A program made the translations under genes and the position numbers. From assembly GCA_041163625.1 (NCBI GenBank), contig JBEARB010000052.1, positions 1-62,544 on the forward strand: 62,544 nucleotides of DNA, in the 5' to 3' direction. This document shows, piece by piece, positions 10,513-19,553 of the stretch. Every line of letters begins with the position of its first letter. Position 1 is the stretch's first letter. The stretch is from Pseudomonadota bacterium (GTDB lineage: Bacteria; Myxococcota_A; UBA9042). A model generated the notes under the pieces. The model saw only the letters and a list, made by a program, of their open reading frames with translations, made no database searches and had not been told where the DNA came from.

Positions 10513-11145
10513 ATGGAGAAAGTGCGGCCCAAGCCGCGCTCGCCGCTGACACTGCTCTTCGGTGCGCAGGGCGCGCCGGCGACAGAGGTCAGTGTCGCAG
10601 GCGCCGTCGCTGGTTCGACGTTGATCGTGCCGCGGCGGCCGAGTGGGCTATCCGACGCCGCCTCGCCCGGGGCCGACGTGACGGTCCTGTTCACCCGCGA
10701 GGGCCGGCTGTATCGCTGGCCCATGCGAGTCGAAGAAGTTCTGCCTTCGTCCTACTACTTGGTTGCGGTGCGTGAGCCCGGTGAGGGCGATCGGCGCGAG
10801 TTCGTCCGTGCGGAGGTGCCACTCCAGCTCCGCGTTCGCGTGCTCTCCACCGGCGAGGCGCCATGGCGCGTCGTCAGCGCACGGGTCGATGTCTCCGCGT
10901 CGGGCTTTCGGCTCGAGGGCCTCGACGAGCAAGCCGCGGGGACCCGACTCCGGGTCGAGATCCGGTCACCCGAGGGCGGCCCTCCGGTCCTCGCCGTCGC
11001 CGAGGTGGTCCGCAGCATCACCGACGGCGACCGGTACCTTGTGGCCTGTCATTTCGTGTCGATGGATTCGGCGGACGAGAGTCGCCTCGTCGACATCGTA
11101 TTCGCCGTGCGGGAAGCCGCATTGCGCGCTCGCCTCGGCCTGTAG
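10513..11145 (+). CDS. PilZ-domain (c-di-GMP receptor-type) protein with YcgR-N-like N-terminal half
   Basis: RREFVR (RxxxR) followed about 30 aa later by DVSASG (DxSxxG). Starts 22 bp after the FHA gene stop. GGGAGACGGGG RBS. Confidence 0.75.
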   Translation: MEKVRPKPRSPLTLLFGAQGAPATEVSVAGAVAGSTLIVPRRPSGLSDAASPGADVTVLFTREGRLYRWPMRVEEVLPSSYYLVAVREPGEGDRREFVRAEVPLQLRVRVLSTGEAPWRVVSARVDVSASGFRLEGLDEQAAGTRLRVEIRSPEGGPPVLAVAEVVRSITDGDRYLVACHFVSMDSADESRLVDIVFAVREAALRARLGL

Positions 11146-11166
11146 AAGCGGCCCGGGCGCTGCGGC

Positions 11167-11964
11167 TCAGCTCTCCCGGGCCGCCCGCGAACGGCGCCGA
11201 ATCACCTTCGCTTCGGGCTGCGCCACACGCAGGGCGAACGTGTTGTCCGGGTTGCGCGCGAAGAGATTCGCGTGACGCTGCATCGAGGCGTTGAGCGCCG
11301 GAGCGGGGTTGTCCGACTTGCTCCAGCCCCCTTCCTTGGCAGCGCTGACGATTTCGTCCATCGACACGGGCCGTCCGATCTCGGCCATCCACCGGACCAG
11401 CGGCTCGACCAAGCGGGCTCGCTTGTCCAGTCCGCTGATCACCTGGGCAACGGCAGGCTGCAGGCCCGTCGTGTCGAAGCCCGACTTGGTGTCGCTGGCG
11501 GCGGCAGGCTCGGCAGCCTTCGACTTCGGTTCGGCCTTGGGCTTGCCCGCGGGCTTTGTCGCTTGGGGCTTGGCCTTGGCGGTGGTCTCGAAGCGGGCCT
11601 GCGCAGCGCGTGGGCCGCGCTTGACCGGCTCGCCGTCGATGCGGAGCGTGCTGCCTTGCCGCGAACGCGCAGCGTCGATCGCTTTCGCCGGCGCACGCTT
11701 CTTGGGAGTCGACGGAGCCGACGCCGGCGGGTTCGCCTCCTTGGCCTTCGCCGGCGCCTTGGGGGCAGTCACCGTCGGAGCAGTTGGCAGAGCCTCCGCG
11801 CCCGCCCGTAGCTCGGCGAACTGCGCGATTGACGCAATGACGTCGGCGAGCGCGGTCGCCTCGTCGGCCGTCATCGACACGGTTGCGGCCGGGGTTCGAA
11901 CGTCAAGGCGTCCGGATTCATCCGCCTGGATCGACCAACCATTCCAGGACCAATTCATCGACAT
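11167..11964 (-). CDS. hypothetical protein: histone-H1-like A/K/P-rich centre plus C-terminal winged-helix (HARE-HTH-like) region
   Basis: Start set at ATG 11964 (GGAG RBS); the listed extension to 12075 has A/T-ending codons atypical for this genome. AKPKA-type repeats (KAPAKAKE.., AKAKPQATKPAGKPKAEPKSKAA). C-terminal ..RPVSMDEIVSAAKEGGW...ALNASMQRH...F.R..DNTFALR. Confidence 0.6.
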   Translation of the reverse strand: MSMNWSWNGWSIQADESGRLDVRTPAATVSMTADEATALADVIASIAQFAELRAGAEALPTAPTVTAPKAPAKAKEANPPASAPSTPKKRAPAKAIDAARSRQGSTLRIDGEPVKRGPRAAQARFETTAKAKPQATKPAGKPKAEPKSKAAEPAAASDTKSGFDTTGLQPAVAQVISGLDKRARLVEPLVRWMAEIGRPVSMDEIVSAAKEGGWSKSDNPAPALNASMQRHANLFARNPDNTFALRVAQPEAKVIRRRSRAARES

Positions 11965-12088
11965 GTGGGACTCCGATGTGTGCGTCGCCGCGATTACGGT
12001 AGGGCTTGGAGACGCATTCGCCAGGGCTGGGCGGGCTTGGACGACCGCCGCGCGGATTGCCATACCGTGCCCCACGGAGCGCGTGAAA

Positions 12089-13996
12089 TCAAGGCTTGTC
12101 TCCGGGTGCGAGCGCGCTGATCGGCTTGCGGAATGCTTCGACCATCATCGCGGAAATCGAGACAACGCGAGACCGCGAACCGGTCGCATCGATTGCGGCG
12201 TAGGGATTGTTGTCTCGCCGTTGGTCCGACAATGCGATCGTCAACTTTCGTTGCGGACCCGCCTCGATCACGAGGGTCCACGCGGCGGGCTCCAACCCTG
12301 CGGACTTTCTATCGAGATCGAACTCAGCATGGTACGTGAACTGCGTCAGCGATTTCACCAGCGCCTCGACCTTGGCGGAATCGATCGGTGTCTTCCCGTC
12401 CGCGGCGGACCAAGCTCCGTCCGCGCCTCGCGTGATTCGCACCGAAGCCTCTCCGTCCGTGAGGGTGAGTGCGGTCACCGTCTCGGGGTCCCACCGCAGC
12501 AGGTGCTTGTCTTCGAAGTCACGTGCTTGCTTCATGAGTTGGTCGGCATTCCAGCTCTGCAGTGTGAACACGTCGCCGTCTCCGATCCGACCCCATGTCT
12601 TGTCGCCTTGGCGCTTGACCACAATCGACAAGGTGTCCTCGCCGCAGCGCACGGTGATGCGGCGATCGGGGGCATCCAGACCCACCGATTTCGGGTCGGT
12701 CGCCGACGCGAAGGTGACCCGCGCATTGCCGAGATCGCGGAGGAAATCATCCACGTTGGCGGGGTCCAACTCGACGCCGCGGGCCGTCCAGCCCGCTTCG
12801 CCACGCGTGGTCTCGAACCGACCCTCGGGCCACTCGATCTGTACCGATGTGCAGCCATCCGGGGCGCGACCGCCCAACAGCCGGAGCTCGCGCAGCGAGT
12901 CGAGGTCCTTGATCACCTGCTCCGCCGACCAATTCGCGACGCTGTAGACGATCGAATCGCCGTCGACCGACGCGTAAATATCGCCCTGGTCGCCCTTGGG
13001 GGCCTTGCTGCCGATGCGCACGTGGTAGGTCTTGCCGCCACCCGAGAGCTCGATGTGGACGGTCCCCGCGGTGGCGTCCAGACCCGATCCCTCCGGGTAT
13101 GCGCCGCCTTCGGTGTCGTAGGTTTCGGTCATCGCCATCCGCTCGATCGACTCGAGCCAGCTACCGATATCACCCGCCGCGTAGCCTTTGGGTTCGTCGA
13201 TCGACCAGCCGTCCTCGCTCTTGCGGACGTCCTCGACCTTGGCACCGCCGTCGAGTTTGGCACGCAACTCGTCGCTCAGCGGCGGGCGTGAGGCGTGCAC
13301 TTCCTGGCGTCCTGCCGGTGCGCGCGGGTTGCGGATGGTGAGGTGGTCGATCTCCGGCAGTCGGATCGAGAGAATCTTGCGCTCGCGCACGTCCTTCCAG
13401 CCGACGGCGCTCTCGCTGCGGAGGTCGTGGCCGGCGATTTGATAGACGACCTCGGGATGCGCCGGGTTCTGGACCCACGTCGACGGGTTGGTCTCGTCGG
13501 TCTTGTCGACCTTGCCGATCCGCAGCGCGACCTTTCGGTCTGGTGCTTCGGCGTTCAGCAGCACGGCTTCGGCCTCGTCGAGTCCGAAATCGCCGAGCTC
13601 CTCCGGCTTGGCGCGGAACGCGTAGGTCGAGCGGAACGGACGGGCCAGAATCTGCGCGAGCATCTTGACGCGATACGTCTCGCCGGACGCCTTCCAGGTC
13701 TGGCCGCCCTTGGTCCGAGTGGCCGACCATTTGCGCTCGCTCGGCTTCTTGCTCTCCTCGCCCGCCAGCTGCTCGAGCACCATGCGCTCGCCGTTGCGCT
13801 CGAGGACATAGCGTCGGTAGGGCGACGCTTCGTCCTTGTTGAGCACCTTGATGTCCTGCAGCGAGATCTCGCCTTCCAGATAGCCTTCGACGACCAAGGG
13901 CGGAATCTCGGGCGCTTCCGGCGTGGCGTCGCGCAGCAGCCAGACGGCGAGCAACGCGACGAAGACGACGACGACGGCGAGGGTCGAGCGGTTCAT
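12089..13996 (-). CDS. DUF4340-type protein (accessory component of GldG-type ABC systems)
   Basis: N-terminal membrane anchor (LAVVVVFVALLAVWLL). Repeated beta-rich modules with ..FEDKHLLRWDPETVTALTLT.. type boundaries. Lies immediately (15 bp) downstream of the GldG-like gene. GGAGG RBS. Confidence 0.65.
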   Translation of the reverse strand: MNRSTLAVVVVFVALLAVWLLRDATPEAPEIPPLVVEGYLEGEISLQDIKVLNKDEASPYRRYVLERNGERMVLEQLAGEESKKPSERKWSATRTKGGQTWKASGETYRVKMLAQILARPFRSTYAFRAKPEELGDFGLDEAEAVLLNAEAPDRKVALRIGKVDKTDETNPSTWVQNPAHPEVVYQIAGHDLRSESAVGWKDVRERKILSIRLPEIDHLTIRNPRAPAGRQEVHASRPPLSDELRAKLDGGAKVEDVRKSEDGWSIDEPKGYAAGDIGSWLESIERMAMTETYDTEGGAYPEGSGLDATAGTVHIELSGGGKTYHVRIGSKAPKGDQGDIYASVDGDSIVYSVANWSAEQVIKDLDSLRELRLLGGRAPDGCTSVQIEWPEGRFETTRGEAGWTARGVELDPANVDDFLRDLGNARVTFASATDPKSVGLDAPDRRITVRCGEDTLSIVVKRQGDKTWGRIGDGDVFTLQSWNADQLMKQARDFEDKHLLRWDPETVTALTLTDGEASVRITRGADGAWSAADGKTPIDSAKVEALVKSLTQFTYHAEFDLDRKSAGLEPAAWTLVIEAGPQRKLTIALSDQRRDNNPYAAIDATGSRSRVVSISAMMVEAFRKPISALAPGDKP

Positions 13997-14011
13997 CGAG
14001 GCCTCCGTGAG

Positions 14012-16504
14012 CTAGGACTTCTTGCTGGCCGCAGCGGTCCGGGCCGCGGCGGTGGCGACGCGCTGGCGCCGAAAGCGGGCGCGCAGGAAACCGAGCAGGA
14101 TGAGCAGCAGAGGGGATCCGACGAGCGCGCCGATACGCAGGTTGCGGGCTTCGTCCGGCTTGATCTCCTGCAGCGGACGGCGGGTGTCGCCCTTGCTGCG
14201 GATATCTGCGAGGGCTTCGTGGGCGGTGGCCCAATCGAGGACATTCGACAAGAAGCGGAGGTTGTCCTGCAGCAGGTGGCTCACTTGGCCGATACGGATC
14301 TGCCAGTTCTGGAAGTTGGCCTGCCACTGACCGTATTGCTGCATCGCTTCGACCGAGAACTTGGACAGCGAGGCGGCGTTGAAGTCCGGCATCACGCTGT
14401 CACGCGAGAGCCCTTCGATGCCGAGGTTGCTGCCGATGACCAGCAGTCGGCCGGTGCCTTCACCCTTCTGGCTGCGCTTGACGAGCTCGTACTCCTCGGG
14501 CGTCTCGTCCTTCTCGGGCGGGCCGAACTGTTGCTGCATCGGGCGCTTCTTCACCGGCGGACGGTGCGGCGGCTCCTTGCCGGCGAAGGCCGACTTGAAC
14601 GGGCCGCGCAGCACCACGCCCACCGTGTGCGGGCCAGTGCCGGGCTGGTTCATGAAGGCTTGCTGCAGCGCAGGCGGGTTCGCCGGGATGTCACCGTCGC
14701 GGGAGAGCGCGTCGGTGCTGCTCTGAATCAGCTCGTACGCTTCGAAGCGTGTGTCGTTCTTGACGCTCGCCGCCAGACCGACGGTGGTCACGTACGGCAA
14801 CGACAACGACTGGATCGAACGCGAGAGCGCGTGCTCGCGGTTGAACTCGGTGAACACGGGCACGAGCGGCGATACGAAATTGCGCTCTGCCTGGTAGCGG
14901 GCGCCTCCGCGATTGATCAACTCCATCACGCGGACCGTGTCGCTGTGCCGCGGATCGATGACGAGGTCGTTGCCGAGCAGCACGCCGTAGGGCTTCAGCA
15001 GATCCGGGAGATCCGACTGCGTGCGCTGGATGTCGCTCTTGTCGAAGCGGACATCCTGACCGAGCTCCTTGGGCGCCACCATGTTGTTGACGCTGACCTC
15101 CCATTGCTGTGCGAACACCGCGACAGGGCGACCGGAGAGCAGGAACTGATCGATCTGAAAACGGTCGTACTCCGGAATCTTGCTGCGCGGCGCGAAGACC
15201 ACCAGCGCTGCGATATCCGATGGGATTGGCTTGCCCGAGTCGACGCGTGTGATGGCGTAGCCCTGCTTGGCGAACAGGCCGTCGCCGACGCGCGCGTTGG
15301 TCTGGTCGACCGCTTGCGCGATCTGCTGCGCTGTCTCTGCGATCTGCTTCATCATCGCATTGTTCTGGATCATCGCCGCCATCTGCGGCTCGATCAGCGA
15401 GTCTCGCTCCTTGAACGGACAGAACTCCAGGTGACCGCAGACGAAGCCGATCTTGCGCTGGCCGGGGCTGTCGACCAGCGTCGTGTGGCGCTGCTCGACC
15501 TCACGACCGACCTGATTGAGCATCTGCACCAGCTGCGGCGCGGCGGCCTCCGGCGGCACTTCCTTCGGCCCCTCGTTGCGCATGTAGCGGCCCAGCTCGG
15601 CGAAGAGGTTGTAGAACTGCCGCGACGACTGGAGCAGGCTGTCGACGAACTCGCTCCGACCGGCGAGGCGCTGCTGCGCTTCGGCGAGACGGTCGGGCAG
15701 GGGGGAGCAGCCCTCCTGCAGCTTGTCCGAGCCGGCCTGGAGCTTGCCGAGCACGCCGCCGCTCTCCTTCGCGAGCTTGGTCAGGTCCAAGCCCGCCGAC
15801 TGATCCTGGCCCTTCTCCTTGGTCAGCTCGTCGATGGCCTCACGGCATTTCTTCACCGCGTCGTTGAGCTTCTTACCGTCCGCGAGGACGTCCTTCATCA
15901 GCTGCGTCTCTTCGTACTTGTCCTTGAGGCGGAGCAGGCGCTTGGTGATCTCGAACTCGAAGAATCCGGGCTCGAGCGCCTTCGGTAGCACCTCGGAGAC
16001 GGCCTTGTAGTGGAAGGTCGCGCCCATCGCGAAGCGCGCGAACTTCAGTTGGTTGCCGTCGACTTGAGCCTCGGTGGAGGAGAAGAGCTCGAGCTTGGCG
16101 GCCTCGGCTTGCTCCTCGACGGTGCCGGCGTTGGGCACGTCCGTGTCGGCGTAGACCAGACGGATCTTGCCGTCGCTCGCGGCGACGTACTCTTCGATCT
16201 TGTCGCGGAAGGCGCGATCGACGCCCTTGAGGCTGACCTTGCCGGTGGCGGTCGGGATCGATTCGGGCAAGCGCTTGCTGATGTAGACCGTCACCGTCAC
16301 GCCCTCGAGCTTCTGCGCCGCGGCGATGCTCTCTTGGCTCAGGGTGTGCTGCTTGGTCTCGGTCAGATCCAGCCGCGCGGGCGTACGGATGAGCATCGCG
16401 TTGCCGACGACGGCGATGCCGATGGTGGCGAGCAGCAGGATCGTCGCGTCGGTGCGCAGGCGTCCGCGCGTGTTGGCGTTCTGCGTAGCGGGCTTGTTGG
16501 CCAT
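14012..16504 (-). CDS. GldG-like ABC-transporter auxiliary protein (ABC_transp_aux family), enlarged (830 aa)
   Basis: Start set at ATG 16504 (MANKPATQ...); the listed 1026-aa ORF runs on through the upstream permease gene. N- and C-terminal TM segments, and RKIGFVCGHLEF in place of the family's GHGE block. Confidence 0.7.
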   Translation of the reverse strand: MANKPATQNANTRGRLRTDATILLLATIGIAVVGNAMLIRTPARLDLTETKQHTLSQESIAAAQKLEGVTVTVYISKRLPESIPTATGKVSLKGVDRAFRDKIEEYVAASDGKIRLVYADTDVPNAGTVEEQAEAAKLELFSSTEAQVDGNQLKFARFAMGATFHYKAVSEVLPKALEPGFFEFEITKRLLRLKDKYEETQLMKDVLADGKKLNDAVKKCREAIDELTKEKGQDQSAGLDLTKLAKESGGVLGKLQAGSDKLQEGCSPLPDRLAEAQQRLAGRSEFVDSLLQSSRQFYNLFAELGRYMRNEGPKEVPPEAAAPQLVQMLNQVGREVEQRHTTLVDSPGQRKIGFVCGHLEFCPFKERDSLIEPQMAAMIQNNAMMKQIAETAQQIAQAVDQTNARVGDGLFAKQGYAITRVDSGKPIPSDIAALVVFAPRSKIPEYDRFQIDQFLLSGRPVAVFAQQWEVSVNNMVAPKELGQDVRFDKSDIQRTQSDLPDLLKPYGVLLGNDLVIDPRHSDTVRVMELINRGGARYQAERNFVSPLVPVFTEFNREHALSRSIQSLSLPYVTTVGLAASVKNDTRFEAYELIQSSTDALSRDGDIPANPPALQQAFMNQPGTGPHTVGVVLRGPFKSAFAGKEPPHRPPVKKRPMQQQFGPPEKDETPEEYELVKRSQKGEGTGRLLVIGSNLGIEGLSRDSVMPDFNAASLSKFSVEAMQQYGQWQANFQNWQIRIGQVSHLLQDNLRFLSNVLDWATAHEALADIRSKGDTRRPLQEIKPDEARNLRIGALVGSPLLLILLGFLRARFRRQRVATAAARTAAASKKS

Positions 16505-16545
16505 GTTCGTGCTCCGTGTTCGCGCGCCTGTGCGGCGGCGTTCGG

Positions 16546-17277
16546 CTACTTCCAGTTGCGCGACTTGAGCATGTACGTCGAGGCGACGACGGCGACGGCC
16601 GTCACGCTCAGGAAGTAGAAGACGTTGCGGATATCCACGACGCCCTTCGCGAATGCGGCGAATTGCGACTTGAAGGTCAGCAGCTGCAGGGCCATCGGCG
16701 GCTGCTCGAAGGCGAGCTTGATCAGCGAGTCGGTTGCGGTCCAGAAGAAGACGCACAGCAACAGCCCCAGGATGAACGCGACGATCTGGTTGTGCGTCCA
16801 GGTCGAGGTCATCACGCCGAGGGCGAGGAAGGTCGTGCCGATCAGGAGCAGGCCGATGTAGCCGCCGACCAAAGCGCCGAGGTCGGGCGAACCGAGCTTG
16901 AGGACCAGCGCCGGGAACACGAGCGTGAGCAGCAGCGCGACCACGAGGAAGCCGACCGCGCCGAGCAGCTTGCCGACGATGATCGCGAGATCCGAGACGG
17001 GCAGGGTGACCAGCAACTCCAGGGTACCGGTCTTCTTCTCTTCCGCCACCAGCCGCATCGTGACCGCGGGCAAGATCACCGCCAGCACCCACGGCGCGCC
17101 GTCGAAGAGCGGACGTAGCGTGGCTTGCCGGGCTTCGAAGAAGTCCTCGTTGCCGTCGATACCGTAGAAGAACATCAGCGCCGTCACGACCAGGAAGACG
17201 GTCGCGGCGATGTACGCGATCGGCGAATCGAAGGTCGCCGCCAGCTCGCGCTTCGCGATCACCAGGATTTGCTTCAT
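16546..17277 (-). CDS. ABC-2 type transporter permease (GldF-like)
   Basis: Six hydrophobic segments. N-terminal KRELAATFDSPIAYI typical of the family. Start at ATG 17277 with GGGAGGAG RBS. Confidence 0.8.
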   Translation of the reverse strand: MKQILVIAKRELAATFDSPIAYIAATVFLVVTALMFFYGIDGNEDFFEARQATLRPLFDGAPWVLAVILPAVTMRLVAEEKKTGTLELLVTLPVSDLAIIVGKLLGAVGFLVVALLLTLVFPALVLKLGSPDLGALVGGYIGLLLIGTTFLALGVMTSTWTHNQIVAFILGLLLCVFFWTATDSLIKLAFEQPPMALQLLTFKSQFAAFAKGVVDIRNVFYFLSVTAVAVVASTYMLKSRNWK

Positions 17278-17331
17278 GCGGTGCACTCCTCCCTACCGTG
17301 ACCGGCAGGATGGGCTCGGGTGTCGGGCGGC

Positions 17332-18294
17332 TCAGCGATCCGACGTCAGGTGCTGGAAGATGCCCTCGAGGTCCATGCTCTTGCGGCGCAGTTCGACCAC
17401 GGTGTGGTTGGTCTCGCGCGCCCAGACGGCGATCTCGGGCCGCACGTCACGGCTGGCAGAGAGCTGCAACGTGACGTGTTCGACGGGCTCCTGCGTGTGG
17501 TAGCCGACCGTGCAGCGACGCACGCCGGCCATCCCACCCAGCGCGTCGCGCAGGGCCGCGTCGGACTCTCCGGCCGCCGGGACGACGCCGACGACCAACT
17601 CGTGCTGGTCGGCCATCTTGCCCTCGAGCTGTTCGATCGTTCCGTCGGCCGCGACCTCGCCGCGGTGGACGATCACCACGCGGTCGCAGGTCTGGCGCAC
17701 CTCGGGGAGGATGTGCGTCGACAGGATCACCGTGTGGTCCTTGCCGAGCTCTTGAATCAGCTCGCGGATCTCCACGATCTGGTTGGGATCCAGGCCCGAG
17801 GTCGGCTCGTCGAGGATGACGATCTTCGGGTTGTGCAACAGCGCCTGCGCCAATCCGACGCGCTGTTTGTAGCCCTTGGACAAGGTACCGATGCTCGCCG
17901 TGAGCTTCTCGACGATGCCGACGCGGTGCGCCAGCGCGTCGATGCGCTCGTCGATCTGCTTGCGCGAGAAGCCGCGCATCTGCCCGCAATACTGCAGGTA
18001 GTCGTACACGACCATGTCCGTGTACAGCGCCGTCGACTCCGGCAGATAGCCGATGCGGCGACGCGTCTCGATCGGGTTGGCGAAGAGATCGAGGCCGTCG
18101 ATCGTCACGCTGCCCGAGGTCGCCGAGATGAAGCTGGTCAGGATCTTCATCGTCGTGGATTTGCCGGCACCGTTGGGACCGAGCAAGCCGAGGATCTCGC
18201 CTTGTCGGACGTCGAAGGAGATTCCCTTGAGAGCACGGAAACTTCCGTACTCCTTCACAAGGTCTCGAATCTGGATTACCGCGTCTCGCGCCAT
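17332..18294 (-). CDS. ABC transporter ATP-binding protein (GldA-like)
   Basis: Walker A GPNGAGKST, signature LSKGYKQR, Walker B ILDEPTSGLD. GGAGAGG RBS. Confidence 0.9.
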   Translation of the reverse strand: MARDAVIQIRDLVKEYGSFRALKGISFDVRQGEILGLLGPNGAGKSTTMKILTSFISATSGSVTIDGLDLFANPIETRRRIGYLPESTALYTDMVVYDYLQYCGQMRGFSRKQIDERIDALAHRVGIVEKLTASIGTLSKGYKQRVGLAQALLHNPKIVILDEPTSGLDPNQIVEIRELIQELGKDHTVILSTHILPEVRQTCDRVVIVHRGEVAADGTIEQLEGKMADQHELVVGVVPAAGESDAALRDALGGMAGVRRCTVGYHTQEPVEHVTLQLSASRDVRPEIAVWARETNHTVVELRRKSMDLEGIFQHLTSDR

Positions 18295-18378
18295 GCTCGC
18301 CTCTCCACTCTCGCGCTTGGAGCCATCGGACGCCGGGGGCGGGAAGGTTCCGCCGAGGGGTGTCAGACGGCCGGCGGG

Positions 18379-18406
18379 AAGGTAGGATGCAACTCACCGC
18401 TGTCAA
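18379..18406 (-). promoter_or_regulatory. sigma-70-type promoter candidate for the ABC/GldG/DUF4340 operon: TTGACA-16 nt-TACCTT
   Basis: On the minus strand, CTTGACAGC (18401-18406 is the -35), a 16-nt spacer, then TACCTT (18379-18384). This sits about 85 nt upstream of ATG 18294. Confidence 0.45.
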
Positions 18407-18441
18407 GCGGCCCGGCCGTCAACCGCGAGGACCCGTTCAAC

Positions 18442-19287
18442 GTGGCGCACCCGAAAGTGATTCCCGGACCGCTCAGGCCATCGACGCCGTGGACCATCCC
18501 GCTCCTGGGCCTGCTGTTCGTGGCGGCCCTGGTTCGGCCCGCCGATGCTGAACCCGCGCCTGTTGCGTCGCCAACGCCGCCCCTCGCGGCGAGGCCGGTT
18601 TCGACGCCTGCCGAGGTCACGCCCGTGGCGATGCCGCCGATCCCGCCGCTGCCCGAGGCCTCGCGGTGGCTGCTGTGGCCGCTCGCCGTTCGCGCCGACG
18701 ACGCGGTCCTCGGTCGTGGGGAGTTGGCCAAGCTGCGCACGGCGCTGGCACGGAATCGCCACGCCGACGCCTGCAGGGAGGGGACAGCGTTCCTGGCGAC
18801 GCGGATGCAGGAAGCCGCGCATCTGTTCTACGCGCCGGTCCGCAAGGACGCTAACCTCTCGGCCATCTCGACCTACCTGCAGCGTTGGGTGCGCGGAAAG
18901 GCGCCGGTCCTGGTCTTGGCGGGCGAGGTATTCGCGCCCGCACCGGGGCTCCGCGATGCGATCGCGACGAGTTGCGCGAAGGCCGGACGCTGGGACGACG
19001 CCGAGGCACCGCTGCGGGCGGCCGGCATGCTCGACGGGGCGTCACGGGTCCGCCAGGCGATCCTGTGGCTGCGGTGGCTGCGCGGCGGCGACCTGCGCTC
19101 GGCGCTCTGGCTGGTGCGCGATGATCCGGGCGTGGTCGCGGGACTGCTGCGGGCTTTCGTCGGCCCGGCAGATGTCAGAGAGCGCCTGTTCGGCCGTGCC
19201 CGTCGGGAAGCCGACACGCAGACGCTTCGTCGCTCGATCGACGCGCTGGCCGCGCACGCAGACGCTTACGCGAAGGAGCTACGATGA
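18442..19287 (+). CDS. secreted hypothetical protein (Pro-rich N-terminus, helical C-terminal part)
   Basis: Only the 3' third of listed ORF 17320..19287 is sense; the rest is antisense to the ABC ATPase gene. There is no in-frame ATG, so GTG 18442 (or 18457) is proposed. Signal-like TIPLLGLLFVAALVRPADA. Good GC3. Confidence 0.5.
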   Translation: MAHPKVIPGPLRPSTPWTIPLLGLLFVAALVRPADAEPAPVASPTPPLAARPVSTPAEVTPVAMPPIPPLPEASRWLLWPLAVRADDAVLGRGELAKLRTALARNRHADACREGTAFLATRMQEAAHLFYAPVRKDANLSAISTYLQRWVRGKAPVLVLAGEVFAPAPGLRDAIATSCAKAGRWDDAEAPLRAAGMLDGASRVRQAILWLRWLRGGDLRSALWLVRDDPGVVAGLLRAFVGPADVRERLFGRARREADTQTLRRSIDALAAHADAYAKELR

Positions 19288-19547
19288 GCACCCGGCAACA
19301 ACGGCCCCGCTTCCAGCCCAACGTGACGGGGCCAGAGGGGCGCGACGCTGCGAATCAGCGCTTTCGCGCCGAGGCCGCCACCTTCGGACTGGTCTGGCAG
19401 TGCGATGCCTGCGCCTATTGGCGTCCCTCGGACCGGAAATGTTCGGTGGGGTGGCCCAACGACGCGCTCGATCGTCCGGGCGCCGAAGCGATCGGCTCGG
19501 ACGACGTGCCGCTCTTCTGCAAGGCGTTCGAGGACGTCTTGGCCTGA
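19284..19547 (+). CDS. small 4-Cys protein (87 aa), hypothetical
   Basis: ATG overlaps the upstream stop (ATGA). GAAGGAG RBS at 19272-19278. CDAC...C...C arrangement. Acceptable GC3. Confidence 0.5.
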   Translation: MSTRQQRPRFQPNVTGPEGRDAANQRFRAEAATFGLVWQCDACAYWRPSDRKCSVGWPNDALDRPGAEAIGSDDVPLFCKAFEDVLA

Positions 19548-19553
19548 TTCGAT

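Noticed and set aside
14012-17092. N-terminally over-extended listed ORFs: 14012..17092, 26227..28401, 29069..31675, 45939..48086, 24539..25897, 48783..50621, 1189..2439 and others.
   Set aside because: The extensions run into or across the upstream gene and have R/P/G-rich off-type sequence. Internal ATG or GTG codons with good Shine-Dalgarno spacing give N-termini that match the protein families, so the shorter coordinates are reported.
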